In this document: piece by piece, positions 1 to 11,886 of the stretch | Layout of the letters: every line of letters begins with the position of its first letter | How positions within the stretch are numbered: position 1 is the first letter of the stretch | NCBI RefSeq assembly: GCF_001194135.2 | Contig: NC_069000.1 | Location: 37,539,318-37,592,784 of the forward strand | Length of the DNA: 53,467 nt | Source of the DNA: Octopus bimaculoides | Taxonomy: Eukaryota | Direction: 5' to 3' | The notes under the pieces: model-generated | Told to the model about the DNA's origin: nothing | The model's database searches: none | The model's input: only the letters and a program-made list of their open reading frames with translations | Program-made: the position numbers and the translations under genes

Positions 1-191
1 TATATATAAATATATATATATATATATACACTCACACACACGTTAATTAGTTGCTTACAAATTATATGTTTATGAATCGTCGATTTGTAAACATCTAATT
101 ATTAAAGTGGATAGAAGTTATCAGAGAAGTTACTCTTATTCATCTTTTAAAATACATAAAACTTACCAGGGACTTCCTATTTCTAATTATA

Positions 192-244
<53 letters not shown>

Positions 245-318
245 TATAGCCAAAAAACGAGAAAACAAAAGCAACGAACGTGCACAAGAAGTATATTGGC
301 TTGACGCTCGGTGCTAGA

Positions 319-480
319 GGCTTCCACACCGTTTCTATCTACCAAATGCATTCACAATACATTAGTTGGTCGGCCTGGGACTATAGTAGAAATCACTTGC
401 CCAAGATGCCGTACAGTAGGACTGAACCTGAAATCACGTGGCTGCAAAGCGAGCTTCTTAACAACACGGCCAAACATGGC
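319..480 (-). mobile_element. SINE family B head half. Other B copies or fragments: 4012-4177(+), 4183-4327(-), 13031-13301(-), 19626-19876(+), 20891-21035(-), 22529-23075(-), 27639-27795(+), 28385-28522(-), 30083-30413(+), 30905-30972(-), 34250-34395(+), 37377-37763(-), 41212-41585(-), 50324-50985(-, interrupted)
   Basis: Visual alignment to 32763-33181. Boundaries are approximate. Confidence 0.8.
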
Positions 481-848
481 CATGCTTGTACCTATAACGA
501 AATTCATTTACAAATACGATGTTTGAAAAATCAAAGCTAACATCAAAAACTTAAGAATAGCGATTAGGAATTCTTGTAATGTCGTTATGTGTCAGAACGT
601 CTGAAAAATCAAAAACCGTGCAGTCATAATGATGTAGTCTTGCCCAAAACGACATTCCCGAGTGGCGACTAAGATTCGTACAGATCTACTTTGGCGGTTT
701 ACATTCAGATACCCGACAGTCATCACAGTTGTCGTTTTCTACTTAAAAGTTAAGCAAACATCTTTTCTTATAAGGTATGCAGTGCCAGATTTAGCTTTTC
801 CTGTAAACAGAGGTATCTTAAAACAAGAGTGAAAGTCCAACAACATTA

Positions 849-894
<46 letters not shown>

Positions 895-1699
895 ACGAAG
901 GGTAAAGGAAGGAAAAATTAGGTTAGTAGAGAGTTGCAAATTAGATTACAATAATAAAACAAAGGGCTTGATAACAGCGAAAATGATTTTATTCACGTCT
1001 TCTGCTGGTCAGGAAAGCAATTTATCTGTGACTAGCAACATCGGCAACGAGACCGCAAAAAAAAAAACATATATAATTGAATGAGTTTTCTTTTCCATTT
1101 CTTTTTTTCCGACTTGAAAATTAATAACAGCAGATGCATGTTACAGACATTTCCGAAAGTACTAGAATTACAGATATGCTCAAAAAAGTGTGAATGGTAT
1201 AGAGATAAACCTGGCATTTTTTCCTGAATTAGTTGATGTATTATACATCCATGTGTGTATATGTGTGTATACGTGCGTGTATGTGTGTGTATGTGCGTGT
1301 GCTGTGGTAGGTTGTGTTTTTTTTTTAGTCAGATGCAAAAAGTACTGAACTATATAAATATTACGAAGGGTGTACACATAGTTTAATTATGATCATACTA
1401 AAAAAAGACGATAGTCATTATTCCATGTTTCGTGTAAATGTGATACCAATTCCGGCACAACCCTACCACCACGATACCAAAAACAGGAAGCAGGAACAAA
1501 CTTACTCAAAACTTTATCAACCAAATTCATTGTTGGATTACATGAAGCAAAGATTTTCTGAAAACAAAATGCAAACCAAAATGAGTATTTTCAACAATCT
1601 CAAATTCGACCTACCACCAAGCTCCCAAAATTTAACAGACTAATTGGAAGAGTCTTACGGAAGCCAAGAGGATTAAATTCCCATGTAATGTTGGAAGTT

Positions 1700-2040
1700 T
1701 CTGTAAGAGGGTGGACAAGAAACTTTTAGACAGGGTTGTCGTGGAACTTCGCTCAATTGCTGAGAAAACCGAACTGAAGCCTTCTCCAAAGTCAAGATGA
1801 ATAACCTTTCTAGCTCTCTTTTGTCAGTGAAACCGGATGGCGGAGATGGGGAACTTCTCGTTCAAACTTGGAAGCGCAAGATCCGTATCGGCCAATGCGG
1901 ACGATGTCACCTTAATGGTTTCATACACCACTGAAATCGAGGTGATTTATAAAGAAATACGAGGCTTTGATACGAGCAAAAAGAAAGCAGGACAAGTTAG
2001 TGGGCTTAGAGTTAAGAACCTGAAGAGATACATCTCATGA
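1700..2040 (+). mobile_element. Degenerate reverse-transcriptase remnant, L1/Tx1-like
   Basis: RSVSANADDVTLMVS resembles the [Y]ADD catalytic motif. The upstream frames are broken. Confidence 0.45.
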
Positions 2041-3574
2041 CCACCTCATACCTCTTGTGTTTTAAGCATTTAATAAGCGAAAAATGTCCACGTAGGCTAA
2101 CAGCTTGGTAACAGCTTGGCGTGTTACTATGGAAGCAGGCTTGTTACTACGTCTGTGGTTTTTGATTAGATAGAATTATCCAAAATTTACAAACTTTAAA
2201 AGCTATTAAATCTTTATTTACTGACTTATGGTGAAAATGAATTTCATGTTAATGATTACCATACAAAACAACTTAAATACACCAGATATGAAATCAACTG
2301 AAACAAAAATTGAAGAAATTGAGAAGTGGCAGCTAAACAAAAAAGATCCCCGAACTGTCCAAAATCCAATGAGTTTAATCATTAATTAGTATTCTATCTG
2401 AGAAAATATATCGTTTGTAAGAGCATCTGTACGCCCGAGATTTATTATTTTACTTATTAACACCGAGAGATTAAAAAGAAATAACGAAATTAATACGCAA
2501 CAGCAGCCGATACACGTTTCAATACAATCACGCTTGCATACGACAATAACTCAGAAACAGCAGCCGACACATATCCAACATTCACTGCTGCATGCGACAA
2601 TAATTTAGAGACTATAATTACTTCCTGCCAAGCATATATTAGCTTGAAAAGTTACCTGCTTCATTCTTTAGTTTAGGACAAATGTATACGGGTAATTATA
2701 GTAGTTTGAACATAATCGTGAAACGTGTAAAGTGAATATAATTCAATACTTTTCGTCTCATCTTTGAAAATAACTTGACTTACAGAATTCACGTCGACAA
2801 TAATAGAACAGAACATTGCTGTGGAGACAAAGATGGCAGTCATACACTTGATTACTTTTATTTATATTCTTCTTTTTTTTTTTTTTTTTTTTTTGTAAAA
2901 GAAATAATTTCAAAGACAGTTATTGTTATCAGATACAGAATGAAGCAGGAACACAGTCGGTGTGACTCATTCTAAAGCTGTCTACGAAAACGTTTGAATT
3001 AGTAAAAACGTTGCAGTTTTACTTTCATTTATTCAATAATCGACTGGATTCTAAGTGATTAATCGAAGGAAAAAAAAAAATAAATAAAAAGCTTTTCTTT
3101 CTGTAGACATACTTGCTAGACTTTAGATCGTTATATTTTCAAATCAGATACTTGGATTTTTTTATTTGTATTTTCTATAAGTTGTTTCAAAAAGCAACGT
3201 CTATCTAATTCTGCAATTGCAGTGCAACTTCGTTAGCAAAATTCACATCAAAATAAGAGACGTGAATCACAAAATAAAAGTGGTCTGTATGACTAATTTA
3301 AATTAGGGAGCCTGAAATAATTTTATCTTCTAGGACTTCATACTATATGCAAATGAAATATTCAGGGAAAGATTAACTTCAATACATCTCACACCATTAG
3401 AATCTATTATATATTTCAGAATGTATGTGAGCCTGTAGTGGTGGTGGTGGTGGTGGGGAGTCCATTTTTGTCTCCTCCAGCTCTTTCTTTTGTATGTACT
3501 GCTATCGCCTACCACTCTGCTACCACCACAGTACTGAATCACTGTGTTTTACACACCCTCACCCTGTTCCAGTT

Positions 3575-3610
<36 letters not shown>

Positions 3611-4380
3611 TCCCTTTGTCCCAGTTCTTTTATCTTCCTTTCGTTGTCTTTTATTGCTCCTTATCTCTACTACCAATACCTCTTTCTCACTTTCTCACTT
3701 GGTGTTTTTAATTTTCTCACCGCCCCACCTCCGCGCTCTCTCTCTTTTTCTCCGTTTTTCTAATCTTTTTAATTTCTCTTACTCCCATTTTCTGTCTCCC
3801 CCCACCCTCATATTATTGCCAGTTCCTACAGCTAGGGTTCTTCCACTTCAAGCTAAGAAAGATTAGGATTGGATTACTAAATGCCAAATATCTGAACGAA
3901 CAGATGTCACTTGTATATCGTAGAGTGGTAAAACAGGGGCCTGCCACATGCACAATCAAACCGATTCTTTCATATCAGCAAACTTTCAAGAAAGCATTCT
4001 TTAATTTTATCGGCGCAGGCGTGACTGTGCGATATAAAAGCTCGCTTTGCAACCACATAGTTTCAGGTTCAATCTCACTACACGGCACCTTTTTTTTACT
4101 GTACCCTCAGGTTGATGAATGCCTTGTGAGTGGATTTGGCAGACGGAAACTGTGTTGAAACCCGTCGTATATATATATTTTTATTCTTTTACTTGCTTCA
4201 GTCATTTGACTTTGGCCATGCTGGAGCACCACCTTTAGTCGAGCAAATCGACCCCTGGACTTATTCTTTGTAAGCCACTAGGCTTATTCTATCAGTCTCT
4301 ATTGCTGAACTGCTAAGTTACGGGGACATCCAATATGCTAGAAAGAGGTCATCAACGACCCAATCATAAAGAAAAATAAT

Positions 4381-4823
4381 GGTCTCCAGAAAAATTCCAC
4401 AAAACACTAGAACAGGACAAAATGAGAAATATACAGAGTAAAGAATTATCTTTGGACTGCAGTTTCGAACATTAACGTTATACTTAGGTAACAACATCCG
4501 TGTTCTCATCAGCATAGATGTTCTAGAATCAATATAATTTGCAGAACTATACACGAATTGTCTTCATGAAATAAGACTTGCATATAGTTCTACCGATTAC
4601 ATTGGGGCTATTTTTCAAAATTCCTCAGCTCCGGCGCGCAAAATTCTGGAAACAATTCTGCAGAGAATAATTCACTGCAGTATATGTTGCCGGCTGGAGA
4701 ACATAACTATTTAAATTATTATTTATATAGATAGGGTGATAAATTGAATATTAATTCAATTTAAAACCAAATGGCCTAGCATATAAAAAAAAATCTGATA
4801 ATTCAGAAAAAAATTGTATTACA
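4381..4823. repeat. Unclassified dispersed repeat with inverted plus direct segments (possibly Penelope-like pLTR); second copy at 28787-29087
   Basis: 4733-4823 matches 28787-28875 and 4548-4650 matches ~28904-29012. 4381-4440 is the reverse complement of ~29020-29087. Confidence 0.6.
4420..4525 (-). ncRNA. Degenerate hammerhead-like motif inside a dispersed repeat
   Basis: The minus strand has CTGATGA (4512-4506), stem II gaaca/tgttc, GAAAC (4466-4462), a partial stem III and GTA (4434-4432). Stem I is weak. Confidence 0.4.
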
Positions 4824-5899
4824 NNNNNNNNNNNNNNNNNNNNNNNNNNNNNNNNNNNNNNNNNNNNNNNNNNNNNNNNNNNNNNNNNNNNNNNNNNNNN
4901 NNNNNNNNNNNNNNNNNNNNNNNNNNNNNNNNNNNNNNNNNNNNNNNNNNNNNNNNNNNNNNNNNNNNNNNNNNNNNNNNNNNNNNNNNNNNNNNNNNNN
5001 NNNNNNNNNNNNNNNNNNNNNNNNNNNNNNNNNNNNNNNNNNNNNNNNNNNNNNNNNNNNNNNNNNNNNNNNNNNNNNNNNNNNNNNNNNNNNNNNNNNN
5101 NNNNNNNNNNNNNNNNNNNNNNNNNNNNNNNNNNNNNNNNNNNNNNNNNNNNNNNNNNNNNNNNNNNNNNNNNNNNNNNNNNNNNNNNNNNNNNNNNNNN
5201 NNNNNNNNNNNNNNNNNNNNNNNNNNNNNNNNNNNNNNNNNNNNNNNNNNNNNNNNNNNNNNNNNNNNNNNNNNNNNNNNNNNNNNNNNNNNNNNNNNNN
5301 NNNNNNNNNNNNNNNNNNNNNNNNNNNNNNNNNNNNNNNNNNNNNNNNNNNNNNNNNNNNNNNNNNNNNNNNNNNNNNNNNNNNNNNNNNNNNNNNNNNN
5401 NNNNNNNNNNNNNNNNNNNNNNNNNNNNNNNNNNNNNNNNNNNNNNNNNNNNNNNNNNNNNNNNNNNNNNNNNNNNNNNNNNNNNNNNNNNNNNNNNNNN
5501 NNNNNNNNNNNNNNNNNNNNNNNNNNNNNNNNNNNNNNNNNNNNNNNNNNNNNNNNNNNNNNNNNNNNNNNNNNNNNNNNNNNNNNNNNNNNNNNNNNNN
5601 NNNNNNNNNNNNNNNNNNNNNNNNNNNNNNNNNNNNNNNNNNNNNNNNNNNNNNNNNNNNNNNNNNNNNNNNNNNNNNNNNNNNNNNNNNNNNNNNNNNN
5701 NNNNNNNNNNNNNNNNNTTTAATGCATTTAATGTAAGTGTATGTTTTCTTAAATGAGCGTATGTATATTTGAAAAAGCGGCTAAAGTTCCCAAAAGGAAT
5801 ATAAAAATCCTGTTTTCTTTGGCGAAAGCTTGGAGACCCAACGCGTAAGGTAAAGGTGAAAAAAAAAAAAAAAAAAGGAGAGGGTTGCTGGGTGGTATG

Positions 5900-7880
5900 A
5901 TTTGCTGAGAGTAAACGACGAGCGACAGGTGATCCCTCGTCGATCTAGATGTCTCTTGGGTACTTTGTGAATTTGTTGGTTAAACTTCGCTTAGTTTATA
6001 CAATGTAAGCCGATCCGCATAATAGTAACCTTAAGCAGTATATGAGTCTTTTGGAGGTGCAGTAAGAGGACTGTTTGATGTAAGGAAGTAGTGATTATGA
6101 GGACCGGTACGGGTGATGGTGTTGATGTATGTTTGGCAGCGAAGACATGAGTTGGAGTGGGGAAGATTCGGCTTGATTTGTGAGGAGTGGTAGACTTATA
6201 AGTTACGTTGATTTTGCGAGTTCTTAAAAGAGCGGAAAAAGAAGACTGAATGGAAAGTGTGACGTAACTTGTTGCATTTGATAAACCGGAAGTGTGGTAG
6301 AATGAAACGTAAGAAAGGTAAGACAGAACGGATGATAAATAGACGGAGGTAGGGCGGTTGGTTGTGAACTGAATACGTGTGAGAGAGGACGATGGTGCAG
6401 ACGACTTGATGAGTGCAGGTGAATGAAGCTTGGTCTAAGGTGGTGGGAATACTTGTCGTATAAGAAACTAGAACGGAACATAAACGGCACGGTTCATGTC
6501 GACCATTTTAACGACTAATCATCTCTACAGATTTTCTATAGAAATTATAGCCAGCACTAATTTGTAACGACGTTTCGTGTCCGAGACGGCAGATGTAAAC
6601 ATCAACAATGAGATCGAAGATGAAAAAATGGGTAATAGGCGTATAAAATATATTTCAGGAGTTTTTTTGTTAAACACATTCCCAAAAGTTGGTACGTAAA
6701 TATTCCTTTCTACTCTAGGCACAAGGCCCGAAATTTTGGGTGAGGAGGGGCCGGTCGATTAGATCGACTCCAGTACGCAACTGGTACTTAATTTATCGCT
6801 CTCGAAAGGATTAAAGGCAAAGTCGACCTCGGCGGAATTTGAATTCAGAATGTAAAGACGGAAGAAATACCGCTAAGCATTTCGCCCGGCGTGCAAACGT
6901 TTCTTATTTCTTTATTACCCACAAGGGGCTAAACATAGAGGGAACAAACAAGGACAGACAAAGGGATTAAGTCGATTACATCAACCCAGTGCGTAACTGG
7001 TACTTAATTTATCGACCCCGAAAGGATGAAAGGCAAAGTCGACCTCAGTGGAATTTGAACTCAGAACGTAACGGCAGACGAAATACCGTTAAGCATTTCG
7101 TCCGGCGTGCTAACGTTTCTGCCAGCTCGCAGCCTGTTGGTACGTAAATATTAATGACGTGTAGAGACGCCGTATTTCGTTATGCAACCATGATATACGA
7201 CAAAGTCTATTAAATGCTTTATAAGTCAATACTGTGTTCTACATCACATGATAAGGTTATCTTTACAGATTTCCTTTTGAAGTTATTGTCGGCACTGACT
7301 TTGTCATGTCTTATAAAAACGTTTGATATACATTGTAATACGTTATGGTTACATATCGAAATATTATGCCCCTACAAGTCATTCATTTAATGACGATGTT
7401 ATCGCGGCATCGGAATCAGCGGAGTGCGTAGAGAGTTCAATCCAGTCCGTGTAATGTTGAGAAGTTGAGTACATCCTCCGAAATTATGAGCAGTTCACCG
7501 AGAGGCTGCATAGATTAAATCTGCAAACAAGTCTGACATTGTAAACTAATGAATAGGGCCAGGCGTCCATTGCGATGGATGGCGAAGAAGGGCCGTGGAG
7601 CAGAGGTGCTTGACGCTGCTGGAGTGTCATGGAAATTAGCGCACAGTCTGGAGCAATACAGCAATCGCTCGACATCGGCACGGACTTGAAACCCGTTGCT
7701 GGAAGACATCAAAGTCATGAAAGAAGGTCTCCTGCAGAGGGAGAAGGGTTCAGGTTTGTGAAGTAGTGGGTCGGGATGGGGGTAACAACAGTGGGTCGTG
7801 TTATGGGAGGTAGGTTTGGATGTGGGGCGTGAAAATAGAAGGGGTCGGGGAATTTTAGGGAGACGGAGATGGGGAGTATG
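5900..7880 (-). mobile_element. Possible old LINE remnants (5900-6500 and 7440-7880), split by the SINE dimer
   Basis: Strong G-rich plus / C-rich minus skew and coding-like complexity, but no decisive motif. Confidence 0.3.
6705..7135 (-). mobile_element. Dimer of tRNA-derived SINE family A with two different 3' tails and a 17-bp TSD
   Basis: Two copies of the B-box-like gttctgagttcaaattc and the core gtcgactttgcctttcatcctttcggggtcgataaattaagtaccag. Direct repeat gttggtacgtaaatatt at 6688-6704 and 7136-7152. Confidence 0.85.
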
Positions 7881-7889
7881 GAATAATTG

Positions 7890-7980
7890 GAGTGTGTTCG
7901 TATGTATGTGTACACGCACACGTTTTTCATACAAACGCAAAGCACACACACGACGCGTAAACACATGCAAACACACACGC

Positions 7981-8022
<42 letters not shown>

Positions 8023-8395
8023 CCACACGTGCGCATGATGCGTACACATACACATGCTTCATACACACTGCGTACACACATATATATGTACACAATCCGT
8101 AGACACTCATGCTTTATACAAACACACACACACACACACACACGCAACACATACATGCATTCGATGCGTACACACATACATGCTTCATAGACACAGACAC
8201 ACATGTACGCGATGCGTTCACGCAACACACACAAACACACACACAAACACACACACACAGATACTTGTCTCTCCATTCATTTACTCAAGCATCCGCATAA
8301 GATGCACCGTGCACCAACAAGCATTACGAAAGTGAGAAAGTGCAAGATTATAGAAATTAAGCTTACGCAGATGTACGAAGATTATTAAAAATATA

Positions 8396-8426
<31 letters not shown>

Positions 8427-8500
8427 CAAAAAATTTTAAATATATAATATAATATAATATAATATAATATTTATATATATATATATATTTATATATATAA
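7890..8500. repeat. Compound (CA/TA/TACA)n microsatellite field; similar fields at 11741-12620, 16806-17410, 21723-22035, 23560-23960, 31275-31600 and 52860-53210
   Basis: Direct reading. These fields generate most of the spurious ORFs in the track and border many of the N-gaps. Confidence 0.95.
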
Positions 8501-8753
8501 GACATTAATTACTTCTACTTTTTTTTTTTTTTGATTCACGTTGCTCTAATTAAATATTCGAAATGACCTGAGATACTCGTCCTGCCTTGGTTTTGCTTTC
8601 CTTTTCCTTAAATATATACTTACTGACTCGGAAGCCTACTACGGGTCCCTATCTCCAGCACCAGCTGTGAGCTTGGAACCTAACAGATGACCAATTATAG
8701 CACTTGCGCAGTATATCAATGAACTAAACCCCTCATATTCGTTACACACACGC

Positions 8754-8984
8754 GGCGGCGAACTGGCAGAAACGTTAGCACGCCGGGCGAAATGCTTAGC
8801 GGTATTTCGTCTGCCGCTCCGTTCTGAGTTCAAATTCCGCCGAGGTCGACTTTGCCTTTCATCCTTTCGGGGTCGATCAAATAAGTACCAGTTACGCACT
8901 GGTGTCGGTATAATCGACTTAATCCGTTTGTCTGTCCTTGTTTGTCCCCTCTGTGTGTAGCCCCTTATGGGTAGTAAACAAATA
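8754..8984 (+). mobile_element. SINE family A, full-length monomer (tail type 1)
   Basis: Head ggcggcgaactggcagaaacgttagc, B box, core, and tail ...gggtagtaaacaaata. Confidence 0.88.
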
Positions 8985-9139
8985 ACACACACATATATAT
9001 ATTGCCTCCACAGTTACTTTGGGGCCGCTTAGGGACATACGTTCTTTATTTGCATCATCTTCAGCCACGGCATTAGTTTAGGATAAATTCGTTGCTGGTT
9101 TCTTTATTCGCGCTTGGCTCGGACAAACCACATCTCTAA

Positions 9140-9760
9140 GATTGTCTAGAAGGCTGAGAGGGTGCTAGCATCACTCAGTAAGACCTTTGTCAGCCGCTCT
9201 CCAGCTATATATTTCAAAATTGTATACGACAATGGTACGTCCACTCTTGGAATTTGCATCACCAATCCGGAACCCCTATCTTGCTCAGCATATAAATCTC
9301 CTGGTTCAGAAGCGTGCGACCAAACGAATACTCACAGTCAGACATCTACCGTTCACTGAACGTCTTGCTTCCCTGGGCATGGATACATTGAAGCTCAGAC
9401 GTCTGGCAACTGACTTGGTAGGCACCCACAAGATTATCCACCATCTTTCCAACAACAACCTTGGGCGCCTTTTTGAATTCCATATGACAAACACTCGCAG
9501 ACATACTTATAAAATAAAAAAAAACAAAACAATACAGCACCCATTTTTACACGCTCAGAATTGCTGAAGCATGGAATAAACTACCCGTATCAGTTGTTAG
9601 CTGTCGAGACACTACGTCCTTCAAAACTTCCATGCTTCCTGGAATCCGCCAACAGTACACCTGATGGCCTTTTTTTTCTTGTAGTGCACCTGAGCACTGT
9701 ATACAATACTTTCCTTCGCTATTCTCGCTGCTTCGAATTGTCCAATAGATTTATGTATGT
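9140..9760 (+). mobile_element. 5'-truncated CR1-clan LINE 3' end
   Basis: Frameshifted KLYTTMVRPLLEFASP...QKRATKRI...ERLASLGMDTLKLRRLATDL...RIAEAWNKLP, then a 3' UTR and (TATG)n. Confidence 0.85.
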
Positions 9761-9941
9761 ATGTATGGCTTCTCAAAGACATAAGAACGAACGTTTTCGT
9801 TCTTTTTTTTTTTCTAATTGTACCATTGATCTATCGAAGCCACTGATCTATCGAAGCTATATCTCTCTAGTTATCCTGTAATCATATTATTGGGTGGAAT
9901 GCCTTCGATTGATTTCCATCCACTAAGAACAAACATATTGA

Positions 9942-10002
9942 ATAATTTTTTTGAATAATTGGTTTTTCAAAATTTCACCTTCGTTGGCGTTCATCAGATT
10001 AT
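9942..10002 (-). ncRNA. Hammerhead ribozyme-like motif, probably inactivated (U16.1 to A)
   Basis: The minus strand reads ataat-CTGATGA-ac gccaacgaag gt-GAAA-ttttgaa aaaccaatta ttcaaaa-AA-attat. Stem I 5 bp, stem III 7 bp and exact spacing, but the NUH site reads AAA. Confidence 0.55.
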
Positions 10003-10151
10003 AAAGGAATGTTTTTCTTTTTGTGTTGTTGCACGAGAGGAAAAAAAAAAAACAAAACGAAAAGCTATTTCGGATGAAAGTTGAATTGTTAAGATAATTA
10101 ATTTGCTTAATTATTAACCAAACGAGATAAGATAATGAAGAGAGATAAATA

Positions 10152-10209
10152 AAAGGAAATGAAATATAAAGGAAATGAAATATAAAGGAAATGAAATATA
10201 AAGGAAATG
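10152..10209. repeat. Minisatellite, 3.6 copies of aaaggaaatgaaatat (16 bp)
   Basis: Direct reading. Confidence 0.9.
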
Positions 10210-10673
10210 GGATGCATGAATTTTGTTTGTTTTAGGTTTGTATCTAAAAAATATTAAAATATTTCGTATCATTTTGCAAATAAACTTACGAAGATCGGTG
10301 CAAACTTTGTGGGTGTTCTTCCGTTAAGATTNNNNNNNNNNNNNNNNNNNNNNNNNNNNNNNNNNNNNNNNNNNNNNNNNNNNNNNNNNNNNNNNNNNNN
10401 NNNNNNNNNNNNNNNNNNNNNNNNNNNNNNNNNNNNNNNNNNNNNNNNNNNNNNNNNNNNNNNNNNNNNNNNNNNNNNNNNNNNNNNNNNNNNNNNNNNN
10501 NNNNNNNNNNNNNNNNNNNNNNNNNNNNNNNNNNNNNNNNNNNNNNNNNNNNNNNNNNNNNNNNNNNNNNNNNNNNNNNNNNNNNNNNNNNNNNNNNNNN
10601 NNNNNNNNNNNNNNNNNNNNNNNNNNNNNNNNNNNNNNNNNNNNNNNNNNNNNNNNNNNNNNNNNNNNNNNNN

Positions 10674-11080
10674 TATTATATATTTGTAAGTCCTGGTGTT
10701 TTTGTTATGTATTTGTCTGAATATTTTTTCATTATACCTAAGGCACCTACTATGATAGGAATTGTTTCTGTTTTTAGATTCCACATTCGAGTTACCTCTA
10801 TTTCCAGGTCTTTGTATTTTGAAAGTTTTTCCATTTCTTTTAGAGAAACGTTGTCGTCTGCTGGTATTGATACATCAATTACAAAGCATTTTTTTTCTTC
10901 ATGATCTTTGAGAACTATATCTGGTCTATTTGCCTTAATTTCTCTATCTGTGTGTATTGGCATATCCCAGAGTATGGTTGCTTTCTCGTTTTCTGTGACC
11001 TTTTCTGGCGTGTGTTTATACCATCTTTTTTCTGTTGTTATTCCATAGTGTTGGCATAGCTTCCAGTGTATATAGGTCCC
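10674..11080 (-). mobile_element. R4/Dong-clade non-LTR retrotransposon fragment (restriction-like endonuclease domain)
   Basis: IHWKLCQHY...ILWDMPIHTDREIKANRPDIVLKD...VIDVSIP...EKLSKYKDL...IPIIVGALG, a PD-(D/E)xK-type RLE. The frame is open and runs into a gap. Confidence 0.88.
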
Positions 11081-11124
11081 TGCTAAACAACACCACGGAG
11101 AAATCGACGTAAGCTTAAATGATA

Positions 11125-11200
11125 AACCGCGATAGGTGAACCGCGATAGGTGAACCGCGATAGGTGAACCGCGATAGGTGAACCGCGATAGGTGAACCGC
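11125..11200. repeat. Minisatellite, 5.4 perfect copies of aaccgcgataggtg (14 bp)
   Basis: Direct reading. Confidence 0.95.
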
Positions 11201-11834
11201 CATATGGCGATGGATTACTGTATATCTCCTAGATACATTCAACTCTATATCTATCTAATTTTACTATCTATTATGCACTTTGTAATCGACTTCACCCCCA
11301 CTGCGTGCTTATAGCTATCCATATTAGCTACACGTTGTTCTGCTTTAACTAACACTATCTTAACTTAACAACCATCTGGTTTTCCCTTGTCGCTCTCCTT
11401 GTCTTTTTCCGTCCTTCCCTGGCCATTCTCTCTCTATTCTTCTTAGCTTCTGTGCGTTTCTCTTCCTTCTACTTTCTCACATGACTGCTATCCCTCCCAC
11501 CCCTATAGTAAGCTCTTTTAATCATTTATTTATTTATCATTATATATTTATTTGTTCACTTTGATTTTTTTTTTGCGTTTATTTTGTACTTATTGTTTGT
11601 GCTACTCATTCACCCTTTTTATAAATTTATATATATATATTTTTTTTTAATCTTCATCGCTTTACAACATTTATCAGTAACTCTTAAATTCATGAAAGGG
11701 CCTTTTCCACTCTGTAATTTTTATGCCTGTTTCTGAAACGTGTGTGTGTGTGTGTGTGAATGTATACAAACATGCACACATACATACATACATACATACA
11801 TACATACATGCATGCATACACACACACACACACA

Positions 11835-11886
<52 letters not shown>

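Noticed and set aside
3438-3866. 142-aa Leu/Ser/Phe-rich ORF resembling a membrane protein
   Set aside because: It is a product of a pyrimidine-rich, (CT)n-containing tract, with no domain or splice support.
4560-4630. Minus-strand CTGAGGA...GAAA; likewise CTGAnGA/GAAA pairs near 22225, 35046, 47265 and 49603
   Set aside because: No valid stems or NUH triplet; these are expected by chance in AT-rich DNA.
7515-8505. Numerous VC/HT/YI-repeat ORFs and X-filled ORFs throughout the track
   Set aside because: They are translations of microsatellites and N-gaps.
11125-11200. Short direct-repeat arrays (also 29541-29616 and 45180-45257) as CRISPR-like arrays
   Set aside because: The units are contiguous with no unique spacers, and the context is eukaryotic.
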